From assembly GCA_964016885.1 (NCBI GenBank), contig OZ024743.1, positions 311,798,001 to 311,862,000 on the forward strand: a stretch of 64,000 bases of DNA, given 5' to 3'. Of this stretch, positions 39,735 through 54,329 are shown piece by piece (the first letter of the stretch is position 1; each line of letters opens with the position of its first letter). The translations under genes and the position numbers were made by a program. The notes beneath the pieces were generated by a model, which ran no database searches, was not told the origin of the DNA, and worked only from the letters and a program-made list of their open reading frames with translations. This stretch comes from Eledone cirrhosa. Lineage: Eukaryota.

Positions 39735-40330
39735 TAGAGAGAGGGGGGAGAAAGAGATATCTATACACACACACACACACACTCATAGGCATCGAGGATT
39801 AAGGAGAGGAGACGTCACTCAGATATTTGCTGTTAAAATGTCACAACAATAACTTTGCTCTGACTCAACTATCATCCTGTGATGTATATTGAGCGACGAG
39901 TGAGTCGTTTCCTTGTTTTCTATCTCTATCTCTATTTATTATTTATTATTAACAAAGTTAGCGGTGAGTAAATTGTACCAAACCACTATCTCCTTAAGAT
40001 ACAACACCGGAGGGGCTGACAGTAAACAGGTAAAAAATTCATTGTTTCTACTTTTGGCACAAGGCCAGCAATTATTCCAGTACATTACTGGTACTTTATT
40101 TTATCGACCCCGTAACAATGAAAGGCAAAGTTAACCTCGAAAAATAATATTAAGCGGACGGGAGAGAAAATTTATATATAATATCTTTCTCTTGCACTCT
40201 CTTTCCCTCTCTATCTATCTCCACACGACTGTATGTAAAATCCCCGGCATGTCTTTGTATTGTCCCCTTTTCTTGTTGTGCCCTTGTGGCTAATAAAGAA
40301 ATCTATCTATCTCCACTCCTCCCTCTCCCC

Positions 40331-40417
<87 letters not shown>

Positions 40418-40436
40418 AGCAAAACGGTCATATATA

Positions 40437-40468
<32 letters not shown>

Positions 40469-40646
40469 CGTTATTCCGGGTTGAATCGGAGGTAACCACA
40501 GTAAGTAAGGTACTCAATACATAGCAGAGTATAACAGTTTTAATATAGAAGAGATTCTACAGGACTAGAACTGTTTCATTCATTAGAAATCAATGATTTC
40601 TAATGAATGAAACAGTTCTAGTCCTGTAGAATCTCTTCTATATTAA

Positions 40647-40677
<31 letters not shown>

Positions 40678-40935
40678 CCCTCTCTCTATCTCCCTATCTA
40701 TCTATCCCCCCCCCTCTCTATCTCTTTATCTCCTTTCTCTGTCACTCTCCCTATCTATCCATCTATCTCTCTATCTGTCTCTATCTCTCCCCTACTCTCT
40801 CTCTCTCTTCTCCCCCCCCCATTCCCTCTCTCTCTCCCTCTGTCTATATCTCGCACATGTTACTTTATATTTCTGTTTAATGTCCGCGCGAATTGAGAGA
40901 TCCTATAACGGGATATATTGAAACACTAATTTATA

Positions 40936-41026
<91 letters not shown>

Positions 41027-41167
41027 CTTGAAAGGAAAGTAAATACTTAGAATTTCACAGACCAACAACAACGACAACAAAGAAAAGAAGCTGAAACTAA
41101 AAGGTAAGAAAGAGGAATTCTTTCTGTTGTTGTTGATTATTAATTATTATATATCACTTATTTCTAA

Positions 41168-41761
41168 GGTAAATTTATAGGTGAATACCACCATCGATTT
41201 TAATGGGAAATATTTATTTTTCTTTGCGAGGGGGGGGGGGTTAAACTTACCTCTGAACAAGCTACCAGACTTGCCAACCTTAAAAAACTCAAACGGAGAG
41301 TACCATGAAAAAAAGTGCCTCAAAACGGGGAGAAATGAGGCAAAATGAGGCCATGAAAGCTATACCCATTTTCACACGAGAAAACATCTCTCACCCACAC
41401 CAAAGTGACTGGGAGATCTCCCCGTCGGACGGGGAGAGCTGATAGGTCTGTACTACAAAGGACTTTTTTCCCGGAAAATAGATAGAGGAGAGAGTGGGGC
41501 TCGGACTTTTCACCCCACTCCTTCCTCCTGGAGCTTTTTTTTACCATTTTGTTCCCTCGGTTTTTTCGTGTGCTACCAACTAATCTTACCTTCGAACATA
41601 CTGCAAGCCCCTGGGTTTAGAGTTAAGGACGGGGTTTGAGCTAAGTTTACTCTGGGGCTGGGGATGAGCAGATCCAAGGGTTCCCCTCTGTTTTCCGAGA
41701 AAAATCGAGAAAAAAATATTTCCCACTGAAATTGATGAAGGCGTTCTTCTATAAATTTACC
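41168..41761. mobile_element. MITE with TIR ggtaaatttatag/ctataaatttacc, containing a nested MITE (41266-41450)
   Basis: The TIRs and subterminal inverted similarity are visible. The nested element starts cagacttgccaac and ends ctgataggtctg. A second copy at 41939-42302 carries a SINE insertion with TSD gagagattttacataat. Confidence 0.6.
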
Positions 41762-42299
41762 AATTTCAACACACAGATTACTTAATTACATGAATATTTC
41801 ACATAAAAATATTGAATCAAAACGAAAGAAAATATTAATTCAACACTCAGTATAACAATCAGTCACACACAAGGGGTGCCGGTGCTTCCCTCTAATACTT
41901 TTTGAGGCAAGCCAACACACTGGCAGCTAGCTATATATCAGACCTGCCGACCTCTAAAATCCCAAACGGGAAGAAATGAGGCAAAATGGAGAGATTTTAC
42001 ATAATTGTTTCTACTTTTGGCACAAGGCCAGCAATTACACCAGTGCATTACTGGTACTTTATTTTATCGATCCCGGAAGGATGAAAGGCAAAGTTAACCT
42101 CGGCGGGATTTGAACTCAGATCATACAGGGAGGTAACTCTATATGCTTCAAAGCATGGCGTCCGACCCTCTACCGATACTGCCAATCCACCGAGAGATTT
42201 TACATAATGAAAGCTATATCCATTTTCACAAGAGAAGATATCTCTCACTCACCCCAAAGTGGGTGAGTGATCTCTCCGCCGGATGGGGAGAGTTGACAG

Positions 42300-42378
<79 letters not shown>

Positions 42379-42565
42379 CGAAGGAAATGTGGTAAGGAAC
42401 CAGGTGGACCATAACGCACCAAAGTACTCAATACTTAGGGTAGTAGAGTGGGTAATAGGAACAAGTAAGACCCCGACGGCTGAGCTCAAGCCGTTTCGAC
42501 GGCTAATTCAGTCCAGAATTAGCCGTCGAAACGGCTTGAGCTCAGCCGTCGGGGTCTTACTTGTT

Positions 42566-42598
<33 letters not shown>

Positions 42599-42974
42599 CG
42601 GTTCATGTGGGGAAATCTTTTTCCCTTTTAATATTCGTTGTTGTTGTTGTTATTTACTGTGGTCACATACACCTGATCTATATATTATTCATTGTGTTTC
42701 CGTTGTATAACTTTTTCTTGTGATGCTAAACTCTGCCAGTTGCAGACTGCGCAACATGAGATAATCTTATCCACAAAGTTCGATCACCAGCAGCAGAGTT
42801 TAAAGAGCAAAGATCAAGTCCAGTCTATAAGTTGTATAACTTAATGTGTTCATTTTGATGGAGAAATTCATTCATTCTCTGCATCACTGACTGCTTGGGA
42901 ACTGACTCAAATAATTCAACTAATGTCTGTCCTATGTCAGTTTCAGCTTCAATGAGATTCTTCTTTTTCTTCTT

Positions 42975-44120
42975 TGCTCACTTATTCCTGAGAGGGTCTT
43001 GGGAGCAGAGACCTCAAACACTCCTTCCTGTTGTTCCTGTCAGAAGAAACCGTCTCCAACGGATCCAGCTGAATCCCCAAGCGAGACCAGCCAAGCTCAT
43101 GGATGTTATTCAACCATCTTGTTTGGGGTCTACCCCTAGGTCTCCTGCCGGTTGGTTTTTGCCCGTAAAATCTGTCCAGTAAGTCTTTCCTGAGACATTC
43201 TAACCACATGCCCATAGTATTGGAGCTGTGATCTCTCAATTCGGAGAAGTAGCAGCTCTACCTGGAGTGACTCTGATCTCCGAACTACATACTCTATCGA
43301 GTAACATTACTCCCAGAACCCTTCAGAGGAACCCCATTTCAGCCGCTTGTATTGTTTCAGTCATTAGCCAAAATTTATGACCATAGGTAAGGGTAGGCAT
43401 GAATATCAAATTGAAGATAGCGAGTTTGGGTTTTATGCCTACCTCCTTTCTTTTGATTACTGAATGGTGAAGCTGGCACATTACTGCACAAGTTCCTGCA
43501 ATTCTTGCACTTAATTCATCCTCCTGCCTTCCATCACTCATGAACACGGCCCCTTGAACTTCTCTACCTGCTTCAGTAGAATTCCATTCACTTTTAGAGT
43601 GCACTGCGCAGGCTTCCTTAAAAAGACGAGTGTCTCGCTTTTCGCAGCACTGACTTTCATTCCAGCCATGCAGCACTCAGCATCAAACCTATTGAATGCA
43701 ATTTGGAGATCATCTTCTGTCGAGTGAAGTAACAACATGTCATCTGCAAATTCCAGCCAATTGATTTTACACCCGCCAATCATGTTAGCCCTTCCAACCT
43801 GGCTGCTCATGTCAATCATATTCATGTAAATAATGAACAGGAGCGGTGACAGTACACACTCTTGGTGGAGTCCAACTCCCACATTGAATGGTTTCGATTT
43901 AGCACCATTTATCCGAGCACAAATACTCAAGCATTCGTATAGAGACATCAGGGCATCAAAAAGCTGACCATCAATCCCATACTCCTACACAACCTTCCAC
44001 AGCAGGTCCTGAGGAATGTAGTTATATACCTTTTCAAGGTCGACAAAACAAGAATACACCTCTTGGCAATATTCCCACATTTCTTAAATACCTGCTGCAG
44101 TGTGAATATTTGCTTCTGAT
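42975..44120 (-). pseudogene. RTE-clade LINE RT and 3' ORF, degenerate
   Basis: FNVGVGLHQECVLSPLLFIIYM, WLEFADDMLL, PTLTYG, IQAAEMGFL, PTGRRPRGRPQTRW. A related fragment lies at about 27085-27245. Confidence 0.88.
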
Positions 44121-47100
44121 AGGACACTCTGAAAGATGTATCTGGGGAATCTGGCCCCATGACCCTTGCAGAAATAAGTAAGTGAAGAAGAATAAGAAGA
44201 AAGTGCCACAATGCAGATAACTATAATATTAGTTGTTACCTATAATTAACAATTCAAAACAATTCATATAAAGTACTCCTGAAGACAAAAAAAGTGAACA
44301 CAGGTGCATGCGGCTAATTGAACTATGCCTCTCATATGCTGGGCAAGTATATTTAACCAGTCAGCCAAAATTGAATAAATTGGATAAAATATCCCTTGAT
44401 ATGGGAAAATGTGGACAGCGTTGCCTGTGTGGAATCAAACAACACATCTCTTGTATGTCAAGCAGGCATATTTAACCATTACTAATTATAGTTATCAACT
44501 ATTATTATAGTTATTTACATTGTAGCCACTGGTCATCATCATTACTGCTTAACATCTATTTTCCACACTTGCATAGGTTAGATGGGTTGTCACGTTATGA
44601 GACAATTCAGATCAAGTAACCATGCCATGTTCATACAGATCTTTTCTGGCTTGGTTTCTACAGTCGGATGCCCTTCGTAACACCAACCACATTACAGCAT
44701 GTACTAGATGCTTTTTGTCATGTCACCAGCACAACCACCATTATAAAGTGGACTGGGTGCTTTTTGTCATGTCACCAGCATGACCACATTTCCAAATTTT
44801 CCAATTCTTGGTAAGTTAACCAAATGATGTTTACACTTGTAACTTCATGTTTGAATTTAAGAAGACAATAAATAGTGACCAGGAACCAATTGGTGTAGTG
44901 CAGAAATGGGGAACCTGCAGCCACATGTGGTGTTCTATGCTATTCTGTGTAGCCTTTTGAAAGAATCGAAAATTTCCCACAAATTTAAAATTTATATTAA
45001 TATGTTTTTGTCTATCTCTTATTTTAATGTAAACCATAAGATGAACATATTTTAAATACCAAAGAGTAAAATAAAATTCAACGAAATAATCCACACTGAC
45101 AGACTCCTAGAATTAAAACATTAGTAGATCATAAGGGCCATTTCAGCACTTTCTGCGCTCATGTTTTAGTTCTAATGCGATTCTATAATGTACATTAAAT
45201 TCCCGCTTGACTGCAGACATTATTTCCCTAGACTGATTGGTGAGAACCTGCAGGGGTTTAGTATGACAGCTATTATCAAGAGTTTAAGAATATGTTATTA
45301 TAGTTTCTTGATTGTGGCCTTATTATATTATAAGTAACTTAATGCAGCCTTTCAAGATGAAACAGTTCCCACCACTGGTGTAGTGGGTAAATACACTGGC
45401 CTGGCATACAAGAGATGTGTGGTTTAATTCCTCATAGGTCTCTCTGTCTTACTCCAAAAGTACTTTATTTAGTTTATTCAACTAATATTTATAGATGTCT
45501 ACTACTATTATGGTTAACTGCATTGTGGTGACTATATTTTCAAAGTTCAAATTTCCCAATGTATGTGTGTGTGTGTGTATCTGTATGTGTGTGTATTTGT
45601 GTGTATGTGTAAGTGTATATCTATATTATAAAGCTGACGGCCGAATGTATGTAACAAACTTTTCGCCAAACGGCTGGACCAAACAGCACCAAATTTGCAC
45701 CATAGATGTAACCTTTTCCAAGAGAGTGGGGGTATTTTTGTCTTCTAAATTTCGTTAAAAGATTAAAGATATTTTATCGTTTATTTAAATATTCACTTTT
45801 TTTTAATTTTTAAATGTCAACACTTCCGGTTATACGACATTCCCCTCTGTTTCTTAGTCTGTCTTTTTAGATAGATACATAGCTATAACGTTGCGCCCTT
45901 ATAATATGTCTCTGTATGTCTGGCTGTCTGCATTAGATACATAGCTATAACGTCACACGCTTATAATATCTGTCTGTCTGTCTTCACGAACCAAAGTATC
46001 GTCTTCCTGTTTTCCTTCGGTTGCAACGTTTTTTGAAATATTTACTTCTGCGTTCACAGATTGATTTTTTTTAGTTTCAGAAGATCCCATTAAGGGTGAA
46101 AGCAGCGATTCTTTGCTTAAACTTTAATCTGTTATTTTAATATATATATATATAATTATATACTCTATATATATATTATTATATTTTCATGGTAAATGCT
46201 TTACCTTGCATAATTATCTCACATAATATCGAATCTATGAGATTTTGAAAGTATTTATTTTGAAAACAATACCTTAGCATCAGTTTGAGCGACCGGTTAC
46301 TACCAGTTTCAACAGAAAGAGGTAGAGAATTCTGGCCGGTTTTGGCCGGTTTGAACATTAAAGGGTTAAGTAAGCAAATCTAAACACGGATATAAATTGT
46401 GAAAAAATGTGATAAATCTGTGTGGTCCGAGAAAGTGGCTGTGTTTTGCAAGATTTTGTGTACCAGTCAAATTTCAGGTTTTAAGTTAGGGACAACGCAG
46501 CGTACGGACTACCTGTGATAAAGGAAAATAAATAGTGTGGCTACAGTGGTAGGTATATAAGTGTCAGTATGTTTGTTCAGTTCGAACATAGCAATAAGTA
46601 AGTACTAACCATTGAAAGGATACAGGCAAAAATGGCCGAAAAATCACAGCATGATGAACTGGAACCTTATGACCATAAACATATTAACTAAACCTCCTTT
46701 AAGGTGACAAATGTTGAAGAAGCATGCGTTTCAGAAACATGGTGTAGCTTATGAGAGTACACATGTAAAAAAACCTACCATTTGTCAAAAGCCAAAAAAG
46801 AAGTGTGATCCTAGGTTGGACTTGACCGATATAAATAGGAGTGATTTCGCTCAATGAACAACACAAGGCAAGTTGTCTGATTGGTTAGATAATACAAATA
46901 AGTGTGATGAAATCTACTGAACACAACTCACAGATGTGTGGTTGGCCAAAAGTCGCTATTTCGTATTTAATTTAGGTGCAATTAAACAGGGGAGACAACC
47001 GGGTGCAAAAACTAATCAATCATTCGCACATTTTAGGCATGAGTGTGAAATAGCACAATCCACATACAGTAAGCGTTAAAATTTACACCTGGGTTAAATT

Positions 47101-47259
47101 GCGCTTTCTTGATTAGGAGTGTGAAATGACGCCAAAGTTCAATGAAAAAAATTTAACTCCCCATTCCGCACTTAATTGTGGTGCAATTACACTGGGGAGA
47201 CAACCGGGTACAAAATTAAATTCAATCATCCTAAAGTTAACTAAAGAAACTAAAGTTAA

Positions 47260-48476
47260 GTCAGGGGATTTAAAAATTCGCTACTCCATTTGTAGCACAT
47301 GAGTAACCGATGCGTCAACTTTCATTTAAATTGACTTTTATTTCCAGAAGTTGAAATGCTTTGCTGCGACCATAATATGAATTTTAAAAGTGGTCCAAAG
47401 GGGCACACTCCCCTCCTTAGGGGGTTCCTTTGCAAAATTCAAGTGATAACGAATGTGTGGTGCTTTATCTTATGGCAGGCAATAACCATTTCGTTTAGTT
47501 TTTGTAAGAATCAAGTATAAACTCCCGAGGTTATGGTACTTTTTTATTGTGGCAGTTTTAACTTTTATAGGTTAATGAATTGGGCTCATTGTCCCCGAGG
47601 GGGTCCTCTTGCTGAATTGAAATGAAAGTAAATATGCTTCACTATATCTTCATCTGTAGTACATGAATAACAACTAAGTCGAAATTCATTTTATTGGACT
47701 ACCAATTATCGAAGCTATGGGGCTTTGCTGCATTACAATAGCCAAATTCAATAAATGACTCACCGGGGCTTACTTCCCCCTGGGAGTCCCCTTGCGTGTT
47801 CCAGGTATAGACATTGTCTTCAACATCATCTTTAGGAAATGGGTAACCAATGTGTCCGGTAAAGTTGAAATCGAACGTAAACTTCAAAAGTTATCAGGTA
47901 CTAATACAGTGTTAATGTGAACTTCAATAGATAAGTCGAAGGGGTTTACTACCCCCCCCCCCCCCCCCGGGTCCCCTTGATAAGTTCAAGTAAATGTTCA
48001 TGTGTTCACTTTCCTTTATAAGCCATGGCTAACCAATACGTCTCGCTTCGTGAAAACCAAACACCAACTCAAGCAGTTATGACATTTTGTTGCATTGATG
48101 ATATCAACTTCAACATTCATTAAGTCGGTTTACTGCCCCCCCCCCCCCCCCCCAAGGGGTCCCCTACCTGAATTTCTGCGCAAGTGCAAGTCTGCAAATT
48201 TATTTGTAGGCCAAAAGATTAATTTTGGTGAAGATGGGAGGCAAACTGCAGGAATTAAGGGGCCTTTATGCAGTCGTACTGCTGACTCCAAGCAAGAAGC
48301 TTAATGGGGTTATCTGCCCCTGGGGGGCCTCACATTCGATGTACGGACGATGTACGACGCGTAATAGGGCTTCAGAAACCTATGTATGAGATTTGGTGCA
48401 AATCAGTTGTAAAATGTAGAAATGCATGCGGTTACACAGACAGACAGAGAGACATCTTCTGTTTTATATATATAGA
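47260..48476 (-). mobile_element. Helitron-like non-autonomous element with degenerate about 181-bp internal repeats; another Helitron-like 5' end at about 45620 (+)
   Basis: Minus-strand start TCTATATATATAAAAC...(CTGT)n. A GGGG..CCCC..GGGG motif recurs at about 47400, 47582, 47765, 47941, 48126 and 48306. Confidence 0.55.
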
Positions 48477-48484
48477 TTACCCAC

Positions 48485-48546
<62 letters not shown>

Positions 48547-48726
48547 TGAAAAAGGAGGTAAAGTTCCATACAAATCAAAAATTATAAGTAAAAAGTAAAA
48601 GTGAAAAAACACAGGAGTACATTTAAAGATTACTTTTTTCTTTAATCAGACATAATGAATATTTTTATAATTGTTACATAAATATATGTATATACTCTCT
48701 CTCTCCCTCCTCCTCCTCCTGCTCGT

Positions 48727-49660
48727 CATCATCATCATCATCACCGTTTTACGTCCATTCTTCCACGCTAGCATGGGTTAGACATGTTGTCCTGTTGTGG
48801 GCAATGTTAGGTCGAGTGATCTTGTCTTGCTCATACAGAACTGATTTTGGCTTGATTTCTACAGCTGGATGCCCTTCCTGATACCAACCTCATTTACAGT
48901 GAGTACTATATACATATATCATCATCATCATCATCATTTTACGTCCGCTTTTTCCCTGCTTGCAAGGGTGGGACGGGAACTGATTCTGGCTTGATTTCTA
49001 CAGCTGGATGCCCTTCCTAACACCAACCTCATTTACAGTGAGTGCTGGGTTCTTTTTTCCGTGGCGCGTACACGTCCACTTTACACTTTGGGCTGGGTGC
49101 TTTTTTGCCATGGCACCACTTTGCAGTGGAATGATAGGGACCCCAGTCCCTATCATCTCATTTCTACAGCTGAGTAAACTGGAGCAATGTGGAATAAAGT
49201 GTTTTGCTCAAGGAAACAACACATCACCCGATCTGAGAATTGAACTCACAACCTTTCGATTGCAAGGCCAATGCTCTAACCACTAAGCCATGTGCCTCCA
49301 TATATATATATCCCTGTATGTGCTATCATATTTGAGTTAATCATCATCATCATCATCATTTAACATCCATCTTCCATGTTAGCCTGGGTAGGATAGGCTG
49401 TCCCTTTGTGAGAGATCTGATTGGAGGACCATGTTTCGGTCACACAGGGCTGATTTTGGCTTGGATTTTATGGCTGGATGCCCTTCCTAATGTCAACCAC
49501 ATTTACTGTGTGTGCTGGGTGCTTTTTGTCGTGACACCTGCACAACCACTTTACAGTGTTGACTAGGCACATTTTATTGTGTTGCCTACACGACCACTTT
49601 ACAGTGTGGGCTGGGCACTTTTTACTGTCTCCATCACAACCACTTTACATTGTGAGCTGG
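48727..49660 (-). mobile_element. Cluster of SINE-like elements with RTE-type 3' tail and (ATG)n; further copies at about 44535-44790, 50560-51030, 52845-53040, 54965-55300, 55700-56080 (+), 56715-56835
   Basis: Recurrent tttctacagctggatgcccttcctaacaccaacc with about 40-bp subrepeats. The tail gcatggaa..ggacgtaaaacg(atg)n matches the RTE end at about 54115-54145. Confidence 0.7.
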
Positions 49661-49789
49661 AGGCTTCACTGGGTGTATACTTCAGCTTGTCCTCAAGGGA
49701 GATGTATGGGAGTGGGTGGGGAGGGGTGTGTGGTGCATGCTATATGCTTCAGCTATGGCCTGTGCCCGCGGGAATTTGGGTCTTCTGTA

Positions 49790-50250
49790 TTATCCCCTCA
49801 TCCCAAGTCTTCCTATGTCTCCCCACTCCAAGACTTCCATCAACTTTCAGTGCTCTGCAACTTTTAATACTGATGTTATCCTTCATATGCATCACATGTC
49901 CAGACCAACACAATCTCCTTTCCTGCATGCTGCATCTGATTCCTCTTATGCCTAGTTTCTCTCTCAGTTTGTTCATGCTTTGTTGTTTATGTATATTACT
50001 ATTAACATCCATCAGAGCATGGAAGCTTCATTTCTTTCCAATCTACATAAGTCTTCTGCACACAGCGCCCAAATCTCACTGCCATACAACATTGCTGTTA
50101 ATATGCATGTATCATACAGCCTGCCTTTCATTTTGAGGTAAAAGACTTTTGCAGCTAGCAGTGGTAGTAGCTCCCTGAACTTCTTCCATCCCATTCTTAC
50201 TCTAGCTACTGTACTTTCAGAACACCCACCTTTGCTGCTAATCTGGTCAT
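49790..50250 (-). pseudogene. RTE/BovB-like LINE fragment; similar plus-strand fragment at 53590-54145
   Basis: GWKKFRELLPLL...KGRLY...MLYGSEIW...LERNEASML and RRLCWSGHVMHM. Confidence 0.82.
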
Positions 50251-52559
50251 GTATATATATACTTTATAAAGAAGAATTAAAGCAATAAATGTTTAAATAC
50301 TATAATGTCTTCAGGGCTTTACAAATTCCTCCCGCCTTATAAACTACTCAACTGTCCTAAACTAAGATGTTAATGTCATACCATGTCAACAATATCTTCC
50401 AGAAATGTTAATCTAATTATCATCATCATCATCTTACATCTATTTTTCCATCCCGACATGGGTCCAACAATTTATCACAGACCAAGTTGGAACTTTATCA
50501 GAGTTATTATCCTCTCACCAATGAGCTGGGAGGAGGGGGTTCACATTTCACTTAGATTCCAGTTTTAGCATGGTTTCTATAGCTGGATGCCCTTCCTAAC
50601 ACCAACCACCTATACAGAGTCTACTTGGTGCATTTTATTGTGACACCAGCACTAGGGAGGTTGTTGTAGCATTGGCACAACTGGAGAGTTCTCTCAACCC
50701 TTTGTTTGGCATGGTTTCTATAGCTGGATACTATCCTATCACCAACACCAATCATTTTATAGGGTGTAGTAGGTTCATTTTGTCATGTAATCAGCCCTAG
50801 AAAAGTTATGTCCATGACATAACTGAAAGGTCTTCTCATCCTTGTTTGGCATAGTTTCTATAGCTGAATGGCCTTCCTATCACCAACCATTTTTCAGGGT
50901 GTAGTAGGTCCATTTTATTGTGTCATCGTCCCTAGAAAAGTCATGTTTATCATGATACAATTGAAAGGTCCTCCCAACCCTTTAATTGGCATGTTTTTAT
51001 TTATGGCTATCGGCCTTTCATAACATCAACATGACAAAATTAAATCCAGAAGTAAAGAAAATGAAAAGAAAAGTAAAAGAAAAAAAGATAAAAGAACTGA
51101 AAAAACAATCAGATAATGGCAGTATTTTACAATTATATGATCTTTTGTGTGTCTTGTTTTTCTAATCGGATTTTAACTTGATTGGTTTATCATACAAGTA
51201 TGCACAAGACGGAATTGCACCTTGATTGGTTTATGATACAAGTATGTGCAAGATGGAATTTTATCTTGATTAGTATTGAAGCAAGTATGCACAAGATAGG
51301 ATTGCACCTTATTTGTATTCATGCAAGTATCTGCAAGACTGGATTGTAGGATTTATTCTTTAATACATGTATATACTGGATATAATGATTGAGATGGCAG
51401 GAATAGAAAACATCGCTGAATAACTAATAATAGTTTCTGATTTAGGCACACGGCCAACAATTTTTGGGAAAATCAATTAAATTCACCCCAGTGCATTACT
51501 GGTGCTTTATTTTATCAACCCTGTAACGATGAAAGGCAAAGCTAACCTTGGCGGGATTTGAAATCAGAACGTAAAGGGCCGTAATTACATGTTACAAAGC
51601 ATGTTGTGTGACACCTTACTGATACTGCCAATCCCCCACCCTAATAATAATGATTTTTGATTTAGGCACAAAACCAACAACTTGGTCGGGGTGAGGGAAA
51701 GCCGATTAAATCAACTTCAGTGTATTACTGGTGCTTTATTTTATTCACCCTGTAAAGATAAAAGGCAAAGTTAACCTCGGTGAGATTTGAAACTCAGAAC
51801 GTAAAGGACTGTAACTCTATGCTACAAAGCATGTTCTCTGATGCTCTAACAATGCTGCCAATCCACCATCCTTACTATTATTATTATTATCATTATTATT
51901 CACTGCAGTGAATAATAATAATGATAAACTTATAAAATTTCAAAAACAAAGCAAGCCTCCTTAATTGTTTTTGTCTTTACTTATCAAAAACTGCTCAGAA
52001 AGATTTTATCAAATGAAGTAGAAAAACAAATTTTAAACACCGAACATAAAAAAACACCCAAAAGAAAGAAAAAAATATTAGAGAAGTGGTATTGTTTCAG
52101 GTATAGAAATATTAAAATAATAAAATAGAATAAATAGATATTGAAAATTAGGGACAAGTAGTGGAAATGATATGGTAAGGAGAAAAGAAAGAGAGACAGA
52201 ATTAATGTTTTATATTCTATATGTGTGTGTGTGTGTGTGTGTATGTGTGTGTGTGTGCATATGTATATATATATATTAATAAGAGGAATTCCAACTTTGT
52301 CTGATTTACTCGTTTTATTTACAATCCTTTAAAATTTATAATGATATTATAATGAAATAGTATGATAGAATATTAAATTCTAAGTGTTAATAGTTCAATT
52401 AACACTTAGAATTTAATATTCTATCATACTATTTCATTATAATATCATTATAAATTTTAAAGGATTGTAAATAAAACGAGTAAATCAGACAAAGTTGGAA
52501 TTCCTCTTATTAATATAATCTTCTATACACAATCATACACACCCGTGTATATTTATCTA

Positions 52560-52600
<41 letters not shown>

Positions 52601-52685
52601 TTTTCTATTTTTCTCCCTCTCTTTCTATATGTATGTATGCATATATATATATATAGTAACCACACAACCTGCTTCTTTACCTGTA

Positions 52686-52753
<68 letters not shown>

Positions 52754-53287
52754 CAGGTAAAGAAGCAGGTTGTGTGGTTACTATATATATATATGCATAC
52801 ATACATATAGAAAGAGAGGGAGAAAAATAGAAAAATTTATATATCATCATCATCATCATCATCAACGTTTAACGTCCGTGTTCCACGCTTGCATGGGTTT
52901 GGACGGGGGTAGTCCCACTTGAGGCAAGAGTGATTGTCTTGCTCGCATAGGACTGTCTGGCAGGTTTTCTACAGTTGGATGCCCTTCCTAACACCAACCA
53001 CATTTACAGTGTGGGTCTGGGAGGTTTTTACCGTGTTGCCTACATATATATATATATATATAACAGATTGTTGTAGTTTGCTTGAAGCAGTGTTGAATAG
53101 GAAACACAAATTTAAATAATTTTGAACACCATACAATGTACTAGAAAGATAATTAAAATTGATAAGATAACAAAAGAATTTTACCATAGCAAATTAAACT
53201 TGCTAAGCTAAGATTCTTTTGTTATCTTAGCAATTTTAATTTTGTTCCTAGTGTATTGTATGGCTTTCAAAATTATTTAAATTTGTG

Positions 53288-53324
<37 letters not shown>

Positions 53325-54329
53325 CATGAATACAGAGAGATAAAATTGACAGTATACAACAAATAGAAAAATGTTCTCTTCTGTCTTTTTTTAATAACAT
53401 TTCAATAAAACTTGTAAACACCCACACAATACATTACATTTTGATTTAATTTCATGATGACATTTATACATAATATGAATATAACAACTATTATATTCCT
53501 TCAAGCTGGGCTGATGCTTGCGTATTTAACACCCTAAGCTCTCCCTACAAAAGCTATACAATTTATTTTTACCGGTACTTTAATTAACAATGGAGGAAGT
53601 TGATCTGAGAGCATAATAGCTAGAATAAGAATTGGATGGAAAAAGTTTAGAGAATTACTCCCACTGTTGACAACAAAAGGTTTCTCCCTACGTACAAAAG
53701 GACTACTGTGTGTGAAGTGTGAGGCTGCATGGTAGTGAAACTTGGGAAGTGACTGCATAGGACATGTGTAGACTGGAGAGAAATGAAGCAACTATACTTC
53801 GTTGGATGTGCAATATAAATGTGATAGAAAAATAGAGCTTAGATGAGCTGAGGGAGAAGCTGGATTTATGAGGAGTCCAAAGTGGTGTGGTGTGCAAGAG
53901 AGAAAACTGCATTGGCGCAGACATGTGATGTGCATGGATGATAATCACTGGGTGAAGAAGTGCCAGGAAATCCAAGTAGAGGGAGACTAAAGAAGGCCTT
54001 AGCAAAGGCGGTGAGAACTGATCTCTAATTGCTGAGACTCACAGAGGAGATGACAAAGGAACGCAGTGAGTAGAGAGATGCTGTGCTGAGAAGGACCCAT
54101 CCATCCAACTCAAGCATGGAAAAATGGACATAAAAACGATGATGATAACATTATACATACACTGTAACAACCATTATATTCCCTTGAGCTGGGTCACAAC
54201 CTGGGTATTTAATGCCCTAGGCTAGCCATAAAAAAGCTATAGCAACACTTCATTCTTGTAGTTCTCTTGATTTCTAAAGATGATGTTAGAGTTGTTGTGG
54301 TATTGGACTGTCAACAGAAAAGTTCAATG

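Noticed and set aside
46078-46112. CAGAAGA-tccc(attaa)gggt-GAAAGCAGC as a hammerhead (also about 5285-5316 on the minus strand)
   Set aside because: Core deviates, no UH cleavage site and no stem I. At most a remote relic.
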